From IMG/VR virus record IMGVR_UViG_3300033463_000008: 64,000 nt of DNA; one strand, given 5' to 3'. Position numbers and translations under genes: made by a program. Source of the stretch: a virus (Duplodnaviria; Caudoviricetes). The notes under the pieces were generated by a model. It made no database searches. It saw only the letters and a list, made by a program, of their open reading frames with translations, and was not told the origin of the DNA. Positions 55,484-64,000 of the stretch are shown one piece after another (the stretch's first letter is position 1; every line of letters starts with the position of its first letter).

Positions 55484-56302
55484 ATGACACTAAAATCCAA
55501 AATCAAAATCATCACTCCGGAATACGCAAAGGAACTCCTCGAACGCACGAAGGCTGCCGGTGTTCTTAACCGCAAGACTAGTTCCAGAACCGTTGAAATC
55601 TATGCAAACGAGATGCGTAGTGACCGTTGGAAGTTGAATAGCGAATCAATCAAGCTTGATGAAAATGGCTATGTCCTTGATGGACAACATCGCCTCTTGG
55701 CTTGTATTCAGGCTGGATGCCCGTTCCAGACTCTCGTCAATAGCGATGTGCCGCGTGATACTTTTGATACCATTGACTGCGGTCGTGTCCGTACCGGTAC
55801 GCAGGTGTTGCAGATGTCCGGCGTTCAGTATCATACTGTCATCACTGGTATTATCAATGGCATGAATGAGTTCCGCAATTGTGGACATCTTGCTCTCAAG
55901 GATCGCCGTCTCACTCCGTCCGCCGTGCTTGAAGAATATAATACCCGCCCGGCAGACTATGACGATGCAGCCCGCGTTGCAATGCGTTGTATTACGGAAT
56001 CTCATGCAATGACCCCAAAAACAGTTGGTACTCTGTATTTTGCTCTTGTACATGACAATGGGGTGAGCAAAGAAAAGGCCGAGCAGTTCTTTACCCAGAT
56101 TAACTCCTTTGATACCGCGGGCAATCCGGTCATTGAAAAGATGCGCCGTTGGAACCTTGCTAACAAGGATAGACGTGTATCGGAAAAGCTTCGTGTTGCT
56201 TACGTGATTCGTTCCTGGAATGCCTATGTGTCCGGAACCAAGGCGCCACGTTTCAGTGAACATGATGCCGATGTCATGCCTACTTTCTTGAAGAGTAAGT
56301 AA
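55484..56302 (+). CDS. ParB/Srx-like N-terminal domain protein
   Basis: NR...YANEM..W, LDGQHRLLA. Confidence 0.65.
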   Translation: MTLKSKIKIITPEYAKELLERTKAAGVLNRKTSSRTVEIYANEMRSDRWKLNSESIKLDENGYVLDGQHRLLACIQAGCPFQTLVNSDVPRDTFDTIDCGRVRTGTQVLQMSGVQYHTVITGIINGMNEFRNCGHLALKDRRLTPSAVLEEYNTRPADYDDAARVAMRCITESHAMTPKTVGTLYFALVHDNGVSKEKAEQFFTQINSFDTAGNPVIEKMRRWNLANKDRRVSEKLRVAYVIRSWNAYVSGTKAPRFSEHDADVMPTFLKSK

Positions 56303-56332
56303 TGATATCATAGCAATTTTGTTGCCATAAGG

Positions 56333-56363
56333 ACCGCCGGGGCCTCAGGGTTCCGGCGGTTTT
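56333..56363 (+). terminator. intrinsic terminator
   Basis: ACCGCCGG-loop-CCGGCGGT + T tract. Confidence 0.7.
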
Positions 56364-56399
56364 GTTGCCACCCGAATCATAAAATGCTACATTTCCACC

Positions 56400-56540
56400 A
56401 TGGAATACCAAAAGCTATTATCATTCATCCACCCATCGGATAAAGAAACCGCCCAACGGTGGGCAAAGATTTTGCTCAATTCCTGCTATGACAGGATTGT
56501 AGCCAGTTCTAACTTTAAACTCTACGAGGTAAAGAAATAA
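56400..56540 (+). CDS. 46-aa small ORF, apparently leaderless, upstream of IF3
   Basis: TGCTACATT-6 nt-ATG; ends 1 nt before IF3 ATG; not in ORF track. Confidence 0.45.
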   Translation: MEYQKLLSFIHPSDKETAQRWAKILLNSCYDRIVASSNFKLYEVKK

Positions 56541-56541
56541 T

Positions 56542-57222
56542 ATGGGATTCAAGAACAATTTCTACATCTCCGCATCGACAATCATGCTGATTGGCGAAGA
56601 TGGAAAACCTATGGGCACCATGAACCCAGGCAAGGCTAAGGCGATTGCCAATGACCGAGACCTTCCATTGGTTTGTGTCAATCCGTCGGGAAATCCGCCT
56701 GTGTACCGTCTTGGTAACCCGCCGAAGGATGGTATCACTACGGCAACGGTTCGTTTGATGGGTGAAAACGGCGAACAGCTTGGCGTGGTGACAAGTGCGG
56801 AAGCTCGCAAGATTGCCGAGGAACGCGACCTTGACATCATCGTTGTAGCTGTCAACCAGGACCCGCAGGTTGCACGCCTTGGCGACCGTGGCAAGTATGA
56901 ATACGAGCAGAAGAAAAAGAAGCGTGAAATGGAAAAGAAGAACCGTGCAGCAGCCAAGGCTACCGAAGTCAAGGATCTCCGTTTCCCGAGCAACGGTGGT
57001 GATGCTGACCGTGAACGCATCTTGAAGCAGGGTGATGAATTCATGGAACAGGGTCATCCGGTAAACTTCTGCATTCGATTCCCGGGACGTAAGGTTTCTC
57101 ACTGCGACGATGTGATTGAGCGTACCAAGGAAGAAATGAATACGACTTTGACTCACGGTGTAATTTCGAAGATTAGCCGCGCCGGCAACAGTTTCACCAT
57201 CTCCTGCATGCCAAAGAAATGA
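56542..57222 (+). CDS. infC: translation initiation factor IF3 with duplicated N-terminal domain
   Basis: Two IF3-N units (LIGEDGKPMG..DLPLVCVNP..PPVYRL; LMGENGEQLG..DLDIIVV..PQVARL), KYEYEQKKK linker, IF3-C VKDLRF..RFPGR. Confidence 0.85.
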   Translation: MGFKNNFYISASTIMLIGEDGKPMGTMNPGKAKAIANDRDLPLVCVNPSGNPPVYRLGNPPKDGITTATVRLMGENGEQLGVVTSAEARKIAEERDLDIIVVAVNQDPQVARLGDRGKYEYEQKKKKREMEKKNRAAAKATEVKDLRFPSNGGDADRERILKQGDEFMEQGHPVNFCIRFPGRKVSHCDDVIERTKEEMNTTLTHGVISKISRAGNSFTISCMPKK

Positions 57223-57971
57223 TTATTGAAGCTACAAACCGTTTTGTCTTTACAGAAGTTGCCCGCATGCTGAAGGAAGAGTGCGGTGGCCGGCCTGAAT
57301 TTGCCGACACTGTATTCATCCTCGGTCATGTAGATTCTCGTTGTACCCTGTCAGGTATGCGCAAGAAGTATCCTAACAAGAAACTCGTTGTATACCAGTT
57401 GGAACAGATGTATGACGGATGCAAGTATGCCAATCCGCATGTATTCGAATGGCTTCGTGGTGCAGACGAGGTATGGGACTATGACTTGGACAATATCGAC
57501 TGGCTTGCCAAGAAGGGCATCCGTACTTCATTCCATCCGATGCATTACGCAAGCACTTTGCGCGACGTACCAAGCGTGGAAAAGGATGTCGATGTCCTGT
57601 TCTATGGCTTTCTGACCGAGCGTAGGTCCAAGCTGCTTACTCAGCTTGCCAATGCCGGCTGCAACAAGTGGGCAACGACAATCACCATGGGCATTTCCGG
57701 CGAGAACCTGGCCAAATGGATCGGACGCTCCAAGATTATCCTGAACATCCACGCATACGATAACAACAACCGTCAGGAACAGGTGCGCATGTTCTACCCG
57801 GTAATCAACGGGGCATGTGTCGTTTCCGAGCAGAGTGCCCGTAACTACCTTGACGGCTGTATTACCGAATGTCCGTTGAAGTACCTCCCGGAAACCATAG
57901 ACAACATCCTCAAGAATGACATGTGGAAGAAGCTCGGTGATAACGCTGTCTATAACTTCATGAGGCGATAA
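57219..57971 (+). CDS. GT-B-like glycosyltransferase
   Basis: DVLFYG..ERR, SKIILNIH, EQVRMF..G.CVVSE. Confidence 0.65.
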   Translation: MIIEATNRFVFTEVARMLKEECGGRPEFADTVFILGHVDSRCTLSGMRKKYPNKKLVVYQLEQMYDGCKYANPHVFEWLRGADEVWDYDLDNIDWLAKKGIRTSFHPMHYASTLRDVPSVEKDVDVLFYGFLTERRSKLLTQLANAGCNKWATTITMGISGENLAKWIGRSKIILNIHAYDNNNRQEQVRMFYPVINGACVVSEQSARNYLDGCITECPLKYLPETIDNILKNDMWKKLGDNAVYNFMRR

Positions 57972-58262
57972 TCAACTACCCACGGGTATAAAGACCCGTG
58001 AGTTTGGGGTAACTCAGACTCATAGTTGATTAGACTCAGTGAAGCAGAGAAATCTGCTGAACTACGTTAGGAAGGTCATAACACCTACGGATGTACGGTC
58101 AAGTCTGTAGCTCTGTTGAATGTCATTAAACAGTCCTGATGGGTAGGGACAGTGTGGCGTTCATGACAAGCCTTCCTAACATTGTCGATGACCACCCACA
58201 GGGAGTAATCCCTGCATTACCTATTAAGTTAGGTTAAAAAACAACGAAAGGATAACGACTAG
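57971..58262 (+). ncRNA. IscB omegaRNA (HEARO-type) scaffold
   Basis: ~290-nt structured region starting ATCAACTACCCAC, closing TAGTTGAT, CTACGTT and ACATTGTCGA motifs, directly upstream of iscB. Confidence 0.85.
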
Positions 58263-59522
58263 ATGGTCTATGTACTGAACAAATACGGCAACCCTCTGAT
58301 GCCTACCACTAGGCACGGCAAGGTCCGTCGTCTGCTCAGGAAAGGTCTCGCGGTTGTTGTCGATTACCGTCCATTCACCATTCAGCTTGCTTACGACACG
58401 CCGAACGGCGTGCAGGAGGTCAGTCTAGGAGTAGACGCGGGTACGAAGCATGTAGGTTTCTCCGCCACTACCAAGAAGAAGGTACTTTTCGAAGCAGAAT
58501 TACTGCTGAGGTCGGATATCGTGGAGAAGCTATCCACGCGAAGGGAGTTCCGTCGGACCAGAAGGAACAGGAAAACTCGCTACCGCAAGTCCAGGTTCCT
58601 GAACAGGACCAAGAAGCCAGGGTGGATTGCGCCTTCCGTACGGCAGAAGGTGGATTCCCATATATACTGGATTTCGAAGATATGTAAGATTTTACCTATC
58701 GGGGAGATAACGGTGGAGACGGCACAGTTTGATATTCAACTGTTGAAGGCCCAGGAACAGTGCCTTCCGTTGCCGCATGGAACCGACTACCAGAAGGGTG
58801 AACAGCTCGGATTTTCTAACGTAAGGGAATACGTGTTGTTCCGGGATGGGCATAAATGCCAGTGCTGTAAGGGCAAGTCCAAGGACAGGAAGCTGCGGGT
58901 CCACCATATCGAAAGCAGAAAGACAGGTGGAGATGCACCTAACAACCTCATCACGTTGTGTTCGGAATGCCATGCTAAGTATCATAGGGGCGAAATTAAG
59001 CTGCCTAAGAATGTCAGCCGCGGGGCTTCCTTGAAGGATGCTGCCGTAATGGGCATCATGCGGAAGTCGGTGTTCGGTCAACTGGATAAACTGTTCGGTG
59101 ATGCAGTTCCTTGCCACGAGACGTACGGCTACATCACCAAGTATGCCCGCACCAAGGCAGGCCTTCCGAAGGACCATACCATAGACGCCCGTTGCATCAG
59201 TGGCAATACGGGTGCCGAGTCCGACGGGCATTACTGGATTATCCGCAAGTTGCGTGCCAACAACAGGCAGCTGCACAAGGCATCCATACTCAAGGGATGC
59301 ATTCGGAAGAACAACCAGGCACCTCGGGAGGTACATGGATATAGACTGATGGATTATGTTGTTTATGCCGAACGACCTTGCTTCGTGAATGGCCGCAGGC
59401 AGTCGGGATACTTCTCTCTATCGGATATTTCCGGACATGTCCTTGCCGGTTCGGTGAACTATAAGCACCTTAACTTAATTAACCACAACAACACTAATAT
59501 AATGGAAACGAGAGAACTATAA
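58263..59522 (+). CDS. iscB: IscB RNA-guided endonuclease
   Basis: PLMP motif, RuvC LGVDAG / VETAQFD / HTIDA, RRxRR bridge helix, HNH HHIESR..NNLITLC..H. Confidence 0.95.
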   Translation: MVYVLNKYGNPLMPTTRHGKVRRLLRKGLAVVVDYRPFTIQLAYDTPNGVQEVSLGVDAGTKHVGFSATTKKKVLFEAELLLRSDIVEKLSTRREFRRTRRNRKTRYRKSRFLNRTKKPGWIAPSVRQKVDSHIYWISKICKILPIGEITVETAQFDIQLLKAQEQCLPLPHGTDYQKGEQLGFSNVREYVLFRDGHKCQCCKGKSKDRKLRVHHIESRKTGGDAPNNLITLCSECHAKYHRGEIKLPKNVSRGASLKDAAVMGIMRKSVFGQLDKLFGDAVPCHETYGYITKYARTKAGLPKDHTIDARCISGNTGAESDGHYWIIRKLRANNRQLHKASILKGCIRKNNQAPREVHGYRLMDYVVYAERPCFVNGRRQSGYFSLSDISGHVLAGSVNYKHLNLINHNNTNIMETREL

Positions 59523-60253
59523 TGGAAACGTCAGAACTCTGGGATCATAGTGCGAAGCTCATTTCGTTCGTCAATGATGGTGGTGAAATCAGGACGGATA
59601 TCAACATGCCTGAACTCACCAAGAAATGGGACTGGCGAAAGAAGTCCGATTGCTACCATATGCCGACTTACAGTTCCGAAGAAAGGCTTCTGGAATCAAT
59701 CGGCATCAATATTGATGAAGAAAACATCTGTATTGAAAGAAAGATAACTCCGGGTGCATATCGATATGGCGCCGTCGATGGTATCTATACCGTGTATTTC
59801 AGGACCAATTACAAGAAATACAAGGTTGCTGAATATGTCAAGGCAGCTGGCCGTCCGTTGTATTACCTGACGAGCCTTTGGCGACTGTCTATTGGCACTA
59901 ATGTATATCGCCCGACATGGACTTCGTCCTTGGAAACTAAGGTTTACATCCAGTCTACCCAGCTTATGGACCTTACCGACATGGGGTATCGCCGTCTGTT
60001 CTGTTCGAGCAAGGATTGCGACAACCGTGACAAGGTCCGTAAATCTAGGATACCTGGACGATATGATAAAGGGACCCGTAGATTTAACAGGTTCCTTAAA
60101 TATACCCGCCTTGCGGTAGTTATAATGATGTATCGTGAGGAAGCGTTAAGCAAATGCGAACGCGGCGATGTTCCACAGGTTGATAGGGAACTGTACAAGT
60201 TCTGGAGAAAGTGCCGTCGGTTCATCAACGGAACCTTGCCCATGTATCTCTAA
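59522..60253 (+). CDS. hypothetical protein
   Basis: TAATG-coupled ORF. Confidence 0.6.
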   Translation: METSELWDHSAKLISFVNDGGEIRTDINMPELTKKWDWRKKSDCYHMPTYSSEERLLESIGINIDEENICIERKITPGAYRYGAVDGIYTVYFRTNYKKYKVAEYVKAAGRPLYYLTSLWRLSIGTNVYRPTWTSSLETKVYIQSTQLMDLTDMGYRRLFCSSKDCDNRDKVRKSRIPGRYDKGTRRFNRFLKYTRLAVVIMMYREEALSKCERGDVPQVDRELYKFWRKCRRFINGTLPMYL

Positions 60254-60540
60254 GCCGGGGTTCCGCCAAATGGGACGAATAGGTGGATGAAGAATCTCTG
60301 GTTACATTCGGGGCATCGCAAGTACATTCCGCGAATGGTGTCTTCCAACTGTGGCTGGTGTTCGCGAATGCGGATATCGCAATAGGGGCATTTGACGCTC
60401 TCTATTGCCGGTTCCAGCTGTTTTAGCTCGCTGAACAGCAAGTCGATGGTTCCATCATCCTGTATTCGCACCAGAATATTCGGATTTTGGTGCATGAGAG
60501 TGATGTACTCGGCTAGCTTCTGGGGGTCCTTTATTTCCAT
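60250..60540 (-). CDS. small Zn-ribbon protein
   Basis: CPYC...CPEC. Confidence 0.55.
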   Translation of the reverse strand: MEIKDPQKLAEYITLMHQNPNILVRIQDDGTIDLLFSELKQLEPAIESVKCPYCDIRIREHQPQLEDTIRGMYLRCPECNQRFFIHLFVPFGGTPA

Positions 60541-60806
60541 TTTGATGCCTGCAAGAATCGGGTGAATGTCCCTGTGGCCAACGCCGAGAATAGTATTGCC
60601 GGTATGTAATGGGTGAATCCGCACAGGAATACCGACATTATGGTGAGCGCGATGATGTACCACCATATTGCCCTGCCGTTCCATGATCGGTCTTCCTGAT
60701 CGTAGAATTCCAAGAATTCCATGGTCGTGAAGAATTCGCGCTTGATGAAAATCCACGCAAGCTCGATGATGTTAACATAAGGTTCATTTGGAATCCGTAC
60801 TATCAT
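60531..60806 (-). CDS. small membrane protein
   Basis: Two hydrophobic segments. Confidence 0.5.
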   Translation of the reverse strand: MIVRIPNEPYVNIIELAWIFIKREFFTTMEFLEFYDQEDRSWNGRAIWWYIIALTIMSVFLCGFTHYIPAILFSALATGTFTRFLQASKWK

Positions 60807-60876
60807 GCCGAAAAACTATTTCAAAAATTTAACCCATCAACCACGCAAATAGCAGTTTTTTTGCTATATTTCGAAT

Positions 60877-61053
60877 ATGACAGCTTCAAAATGCATTCAA
60901 CTTGTACTGTACGGCCTTATAGTGGGGTATGAAATTCCTCGCATGAAGGCTAAATTCTCGGCATTAAAACAGCCGAAGAATACCCTTAACCCCCAGGACA
61001 TGCCTGTGCTGCAATGCAACCCCGGTAAGGAACTCGAAACTATTAACACCTAA
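60877..61053 (+). CDS. 58-aa small ORF with N-terminal hydrophobic segment, apparently leaderless
   Basis: TGCTATATT-6 nt-ATG; not in ORF track. Confidence 0.45.
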   Translation: MTASKCIQLVLYGLIVGYEIPRMKAKFSALKQPKNTLNPQDMPVLQCNPGKELETINT

Positions 61054-61070
61054 CAAGAACGGACTAATAA

Positions 61071-62732
61071 ATGTCAAACGACGTATCCCCACGCGGAAAA
61101 TTTTGGGATATCCTCACGTCGATTTCCAAGGATATTCCGAGAATTTCGACTGATTTTATCACCCCAGATGGCATAGACTACAAAAAACTATTCAACCAGG
61201 TCACCCACATCAACGCGAAGAAATTGCTACCGTTGGCGACTACGGGTACCGAACTGCTGCTTACCCTCTGGGAAAACAAGCCAAAGGAATCTTTCGGGGT
61301 GCAGGCTGTTTCCGCCGCACGAAACGCAATCGCATTATATTCGGTGCTTGATGACATCTACATGAACATCATCCCGAGCACGTCCGTGGAAAATCGTGGC
61401 GACATCCTGTTCTGGAAGGAAATTGCCAACCGGTTCAAGGTGGATATTCCCCTCTGTGACAATTATTCAACTACGGCTTCGGGCTACCTCCCTCTTTCCG
61501 ATATCCTTATCTACCTGTTGTCAAAGGTGAAGGACCATGACGCTATCACCTACCGTCCATCTGGCGATGATTATGTATCCAAGGTGACCATTGAACGGGT
61601 AGGCTTTATTGGCGAAGACCCGATAATGAACAGTGATGGTACGATTATCACGAAGGATAATATCATCACGTTGCTTCATTGCAAGAGCTATAACAAGGCT
61701 GGCGAATTGGTTGAGGATGTGTATTACACCATTTCCTTGGATACCGAGCGCGATAGCGACAATTCAATTCCGGACCATGTGTCGATGGGCAGTACCCAGG
61801 CATCTACAGGCGGGTCGTTTGTTTCGAAGACGCTTGTTGAGCATGCCGCGTACGTGAAGGGATACGTCGAGTCGGAATACCGTACCATTGAGCATGCGAT
61901 TATGGCGATTTATCGTCGTCTTGATTACCACAAGTATCATTTCTATGTGGACCAGAGCAAGATCATGGTTGCCAACAACGACAGTTTCTTTACCGGTGGT
62001 GACAATGATTGCTGGGTGCAGTCAGCTGAATTGACGCGCCTTCGCAAGGAATGCCAGCGAGTCTCCGCGTTGAATATGACCCGTTCCTATGCCCTTGTGG
62101 GTCCTCCGGGTACCGGAAAGACCGGCATGTGCGAACACTTGATGACCGAATTGTGCAATGACGGGTACACTCTTGTGCGTTGCTCGCTTGATAAGCGCAT
62201 GATGGGTACTATGCTTGGAAAGGTTCTCCTTACCACTAAAATGACATCAAAGTGCGCAATTTTGTTCGATGACCTTGACCAGCTTGATATCAAGCGTAAG
62301 GGCAGCGACAATGTGGGCGAGTTTCTTGGTTTCTTCTCTGCACTCAATAAATCGGATGTGCCGGTAATCCTGTTCTCTACCGTAAACAACCCGAAGAACG
62401 TGAATAGCACGATTATGGGTCGCCCGGAACGAATCGATGAAGTTGTGCCTATCAATACGCCTGATGTCAATATGACCAAGGAACTTCTGTGCCGTTATGG
62501 AAAGAAGAATGGGTATAATATTGAAGCCGATGTCTTGGAAGACGTTGCAACTGAATTGGTTGATTTGAGCGCGTCCGTTGCCGATATCAAGAACCTTACC
62601 GTAATGATGCGTGTAAAGCATGATGCGAAGGATACCTACAACTATGACGAGTTCAAGGTAGGGATCGATGCATTGAAACAATCCAGGGAAGTTGCCCGAA
62701 AGAACTTCTGTGTGGATGGCGATGAAGAATAA
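61071..62732 (+). CDS. AAA+ ATPase
   Basis: GPPGTGKT, ILFDDLD, STVNNP..RPERID. Confidence 0.85.
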   Translation: MSNDVSPRGKFWDILTSISKDIPRISTDFITPDGIDYKKLFNQVTHINAKKLLPLATTGTELLLTLWENKPKESFGVQAVSAARNAIALYSVLDDIYMNIIPSTSVENRGDILFWKEIANRFKVDIPLCDNYSTTASGYLPLSDILIYLLSKVKDHDAITYRPSGDDYVSKVTIERVGFIGEDPIMNSDGTIITKDNIITLLHCKSYNKAGELVEDVYYTISLDTERDSDNSIPDHVSMGSTQASTGGSFVSKTLVEHAAYVKGYVESEYRTIEHAIMAIYRRLDYHKYHFYVDQSKIMVANNDSFFTGGDNDCWVQSAELTRLRKECQRVSALNMTRSYALVGPPGTGKTGMCEHLMTELCNDGYTLVRCSLDKRMMGTMLGKVLLTTKMTSKCAILFDDLDQLDIKRKGSDNVGEFLGFFSALNKSDVPVILFSTVNNPKNVNSTIMGRPERIDEVVPINTPDVNMTKELLCRYGKKNGYNIEADVLEDVATELVDLSASVADIKNLTVMMRVKHDAKDTYNYDEFKVGIDALKQSREVARKNFCVDGDEE

Positions 62733-62735
62733 CGA

Positions 62736-62761
62736 AAGGGGCCGGATGACCGGCCTCTTTT
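62736..62761. terminator. bidirectional terminator
   Basis: GGGGCCGG-loop-CCGGCCTC + T tract. Confidence 0.65.
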
Positions 62762-62763
62762 AG

Positions 62764-63132
62764 TTACCAGGAAACGGTTACTTTCTTTTCAAGGTATTGG
62801 CTCTCAAATTCTCGCTGGAGTTTGTCTTTCGAACTTTCGCTGATCGATGTAATGATAGCGGGGGCCGGGTCTTCCTCAGTGACGGTAAAACCGGCATCCT
62901 TGAACATTTTCACCTGTTCATACTGACTCTTGTACATTTCATCTGCATCAAATGGTTCCTTGATTAGTACCGCGAGTTGATCCGTGAAAAAACTGAGCTT
63001 CATGACCTTGAGTTCCATGCTGCGCTTGTTGGCAGTGAGTGCTATCTTCTTCGCTTCTTCAAGTTTGGCGTAAAAGCTGCGTTCAATAAGCGGCATGTCA
63101 GAAATTTTCTTTAATTCTTCGAATGTTACCAT
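62764..63132 (-). CDS. hypothetical protein
   Basis: ORF with AGGGA RBS. Confidence 0.55.
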   Translation of the reverse strand: MVTFEELKKISDMPLIERSFYAKLEEAKKIALTANKRSMELKVMKLSFFTDQLAVLIKEPFDADEMYKSQYEQVKMFKDAGFTVTEEDPAPAIITSISESSKDKLQREFESQYLEKKVTVSW

Positions 63133-63212
63133 AAAGTGTCCCTTTATTTGATTTTCATACATAAAAACTAGTATTTTTTACTATATTTTGAAAAAACCTT
63201 AAAGAGGTGAAT

Positions 63213-63959
63213 ATGCAAAAAGAAGAACTGATCAAGATCCATGACCACATTGTTGGCTGGACTAGGGATTATGTCAAGAATAGTGGTGGCAAGACTGTCA
63301 TTCTTGGCATGTCTGGTGGTGCGGATTCTACAGTTGCTGGCCGTTTCGCGGTTGAAGCGGTTGGTCCGGAAAACGTCATCGGGGTCTTCATGCCGTGCGG
63401 TTACCAGCCGGATATCCAGGATGCCTATGATGCAGCGGCTGCTGCCGGAATCACTCGTACTTACGAAGTGAACATTGGCGAAGTCAATGCCCAGATGGCC
63501 AAGATTATCCCTGGCTTCAGTGGTTCTGAACAGGCTAAGCTGAATCTCCGCCCTCGTCTGCGCATGGCTACGCTTTATGCCATTGCCCAGTCTGTAGATG
63601 AAAATGGACAGCCGATTAACGGTCGCGTGTGCTGCACCGGGAACCGCTGTGAAGCGCTCGTAGGCTATTGCACCCTATGGGGTGACTTGGCAGGTGACTT
63701 TGCTCCATTGTCTATCCTCACGAAGCGCGAGGTATGCGAACTGGGCAAGTTTATGGGTCTTCCGGAACGGCTTGTGTTCAAGGCTCCTAGCGATGGCCTT
63801 AGCGGCAAGACTGACGAAGAATCCCTTGGCATTACCTACGCCCAGATTGAAGATTACCTCGCCAACAAGCCAATTGACCCGGAAGCTGCCGCCAAGATTA
63901 CTGCTATGGCCGGTCGTAACCAGTTCAAGCGCGAAATCGTCCGTATTCCACATCCGTAG
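63213..63959 (+). CDS. nadE: NH3-dependent NAD+ synthetase
   Basis: LGMSGGADS, NLRPRLRM..LY, TGNRCE..GY.TLWGD, APSDGL..TDE. Confidence 0.9.
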   Translation: MQKEELIKIHDHIVGWTRDYVKNSGGKTVILGMSGGADSTVAGRFAVEAVGPENVIGVFMPCGYQPDIQDAYDAAAAAGITRTYEVNIGEVNAQMAKIIPGFSGSEQAKLNLRPRLRMATLYAIAQSVDENGQPINGRVCCTGNRCEALVGYCTLWGDLAGDFAPLSILTKREVCELGKFMGLPERLVFKAPSDGLSGKTDEESLGITYAQIEDYLANKPIDPEAAAKITAMAGRNQFKREIVRIPHP

Positions 63960-64000
63960 GAGATGCCATGCAGGAACCGTTGTACATGATCCTCAATCTG

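Noticed and set aside
1-64000. tRNA genes, CRISPR arrays, stop-codon reassignment
   Set aside because: No cloverleaf or repeat-spacer pattern seen by eye; core genes are full length in code 11 and TAA, TAG and TGA all end genes

Overview
A 64-kb segment of a large T4-like (Tevenvirinae-core) myophage genome, about 50% GC, standard genetic code. Class III RNR suggests an anaerobic host; the host cannot be named from sequence alone. Replication/recombination block: UvsX, gp41 helicase, RuvC, gp32 SSB, gp61 primase, a gp45-like and a DnaN-like clamp, gp43 PolB, Dda helicase. Morphogenesis genes: portal directly followed by major capsid, a dispersed terminase, many acidic late proteins with 'xES' protease-type sites, and two large peptidoglycan-hydrolase-like proteins. 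Host-takeover/metabolic genes: sigma70, sHSP, patatin, NrdDG, SpoT-like HD hydrolase, IF3 with a duplicated N-domain, NadE, glycosyltransferases. Three mobile nucleases: TnpB, IscB with omegaRNA, and a free-standing PD-(D/E)XK endonuclease. Most striking observations: (1) two unrelated mobile nuclease genes share one leader architecture, a phage late promoter followed by two hairpins with perfectly complementary (kissing) loops ending next to the start codon; (2) IscB and TnpB appear to be embedded as RNA-guided homing cassettes that rebuild the phage signals they interrupt; (3) several genes appear leaderless, in a phage that also encodes an altered IF3; (4) prion-like Q/P/Y/F-rich tails occur on SSB, terminase, sHSP and helicase; (5) tandem NrdR boxes precede nrdD. 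All family assignments come from motifs recognised by eye, not from database searches.
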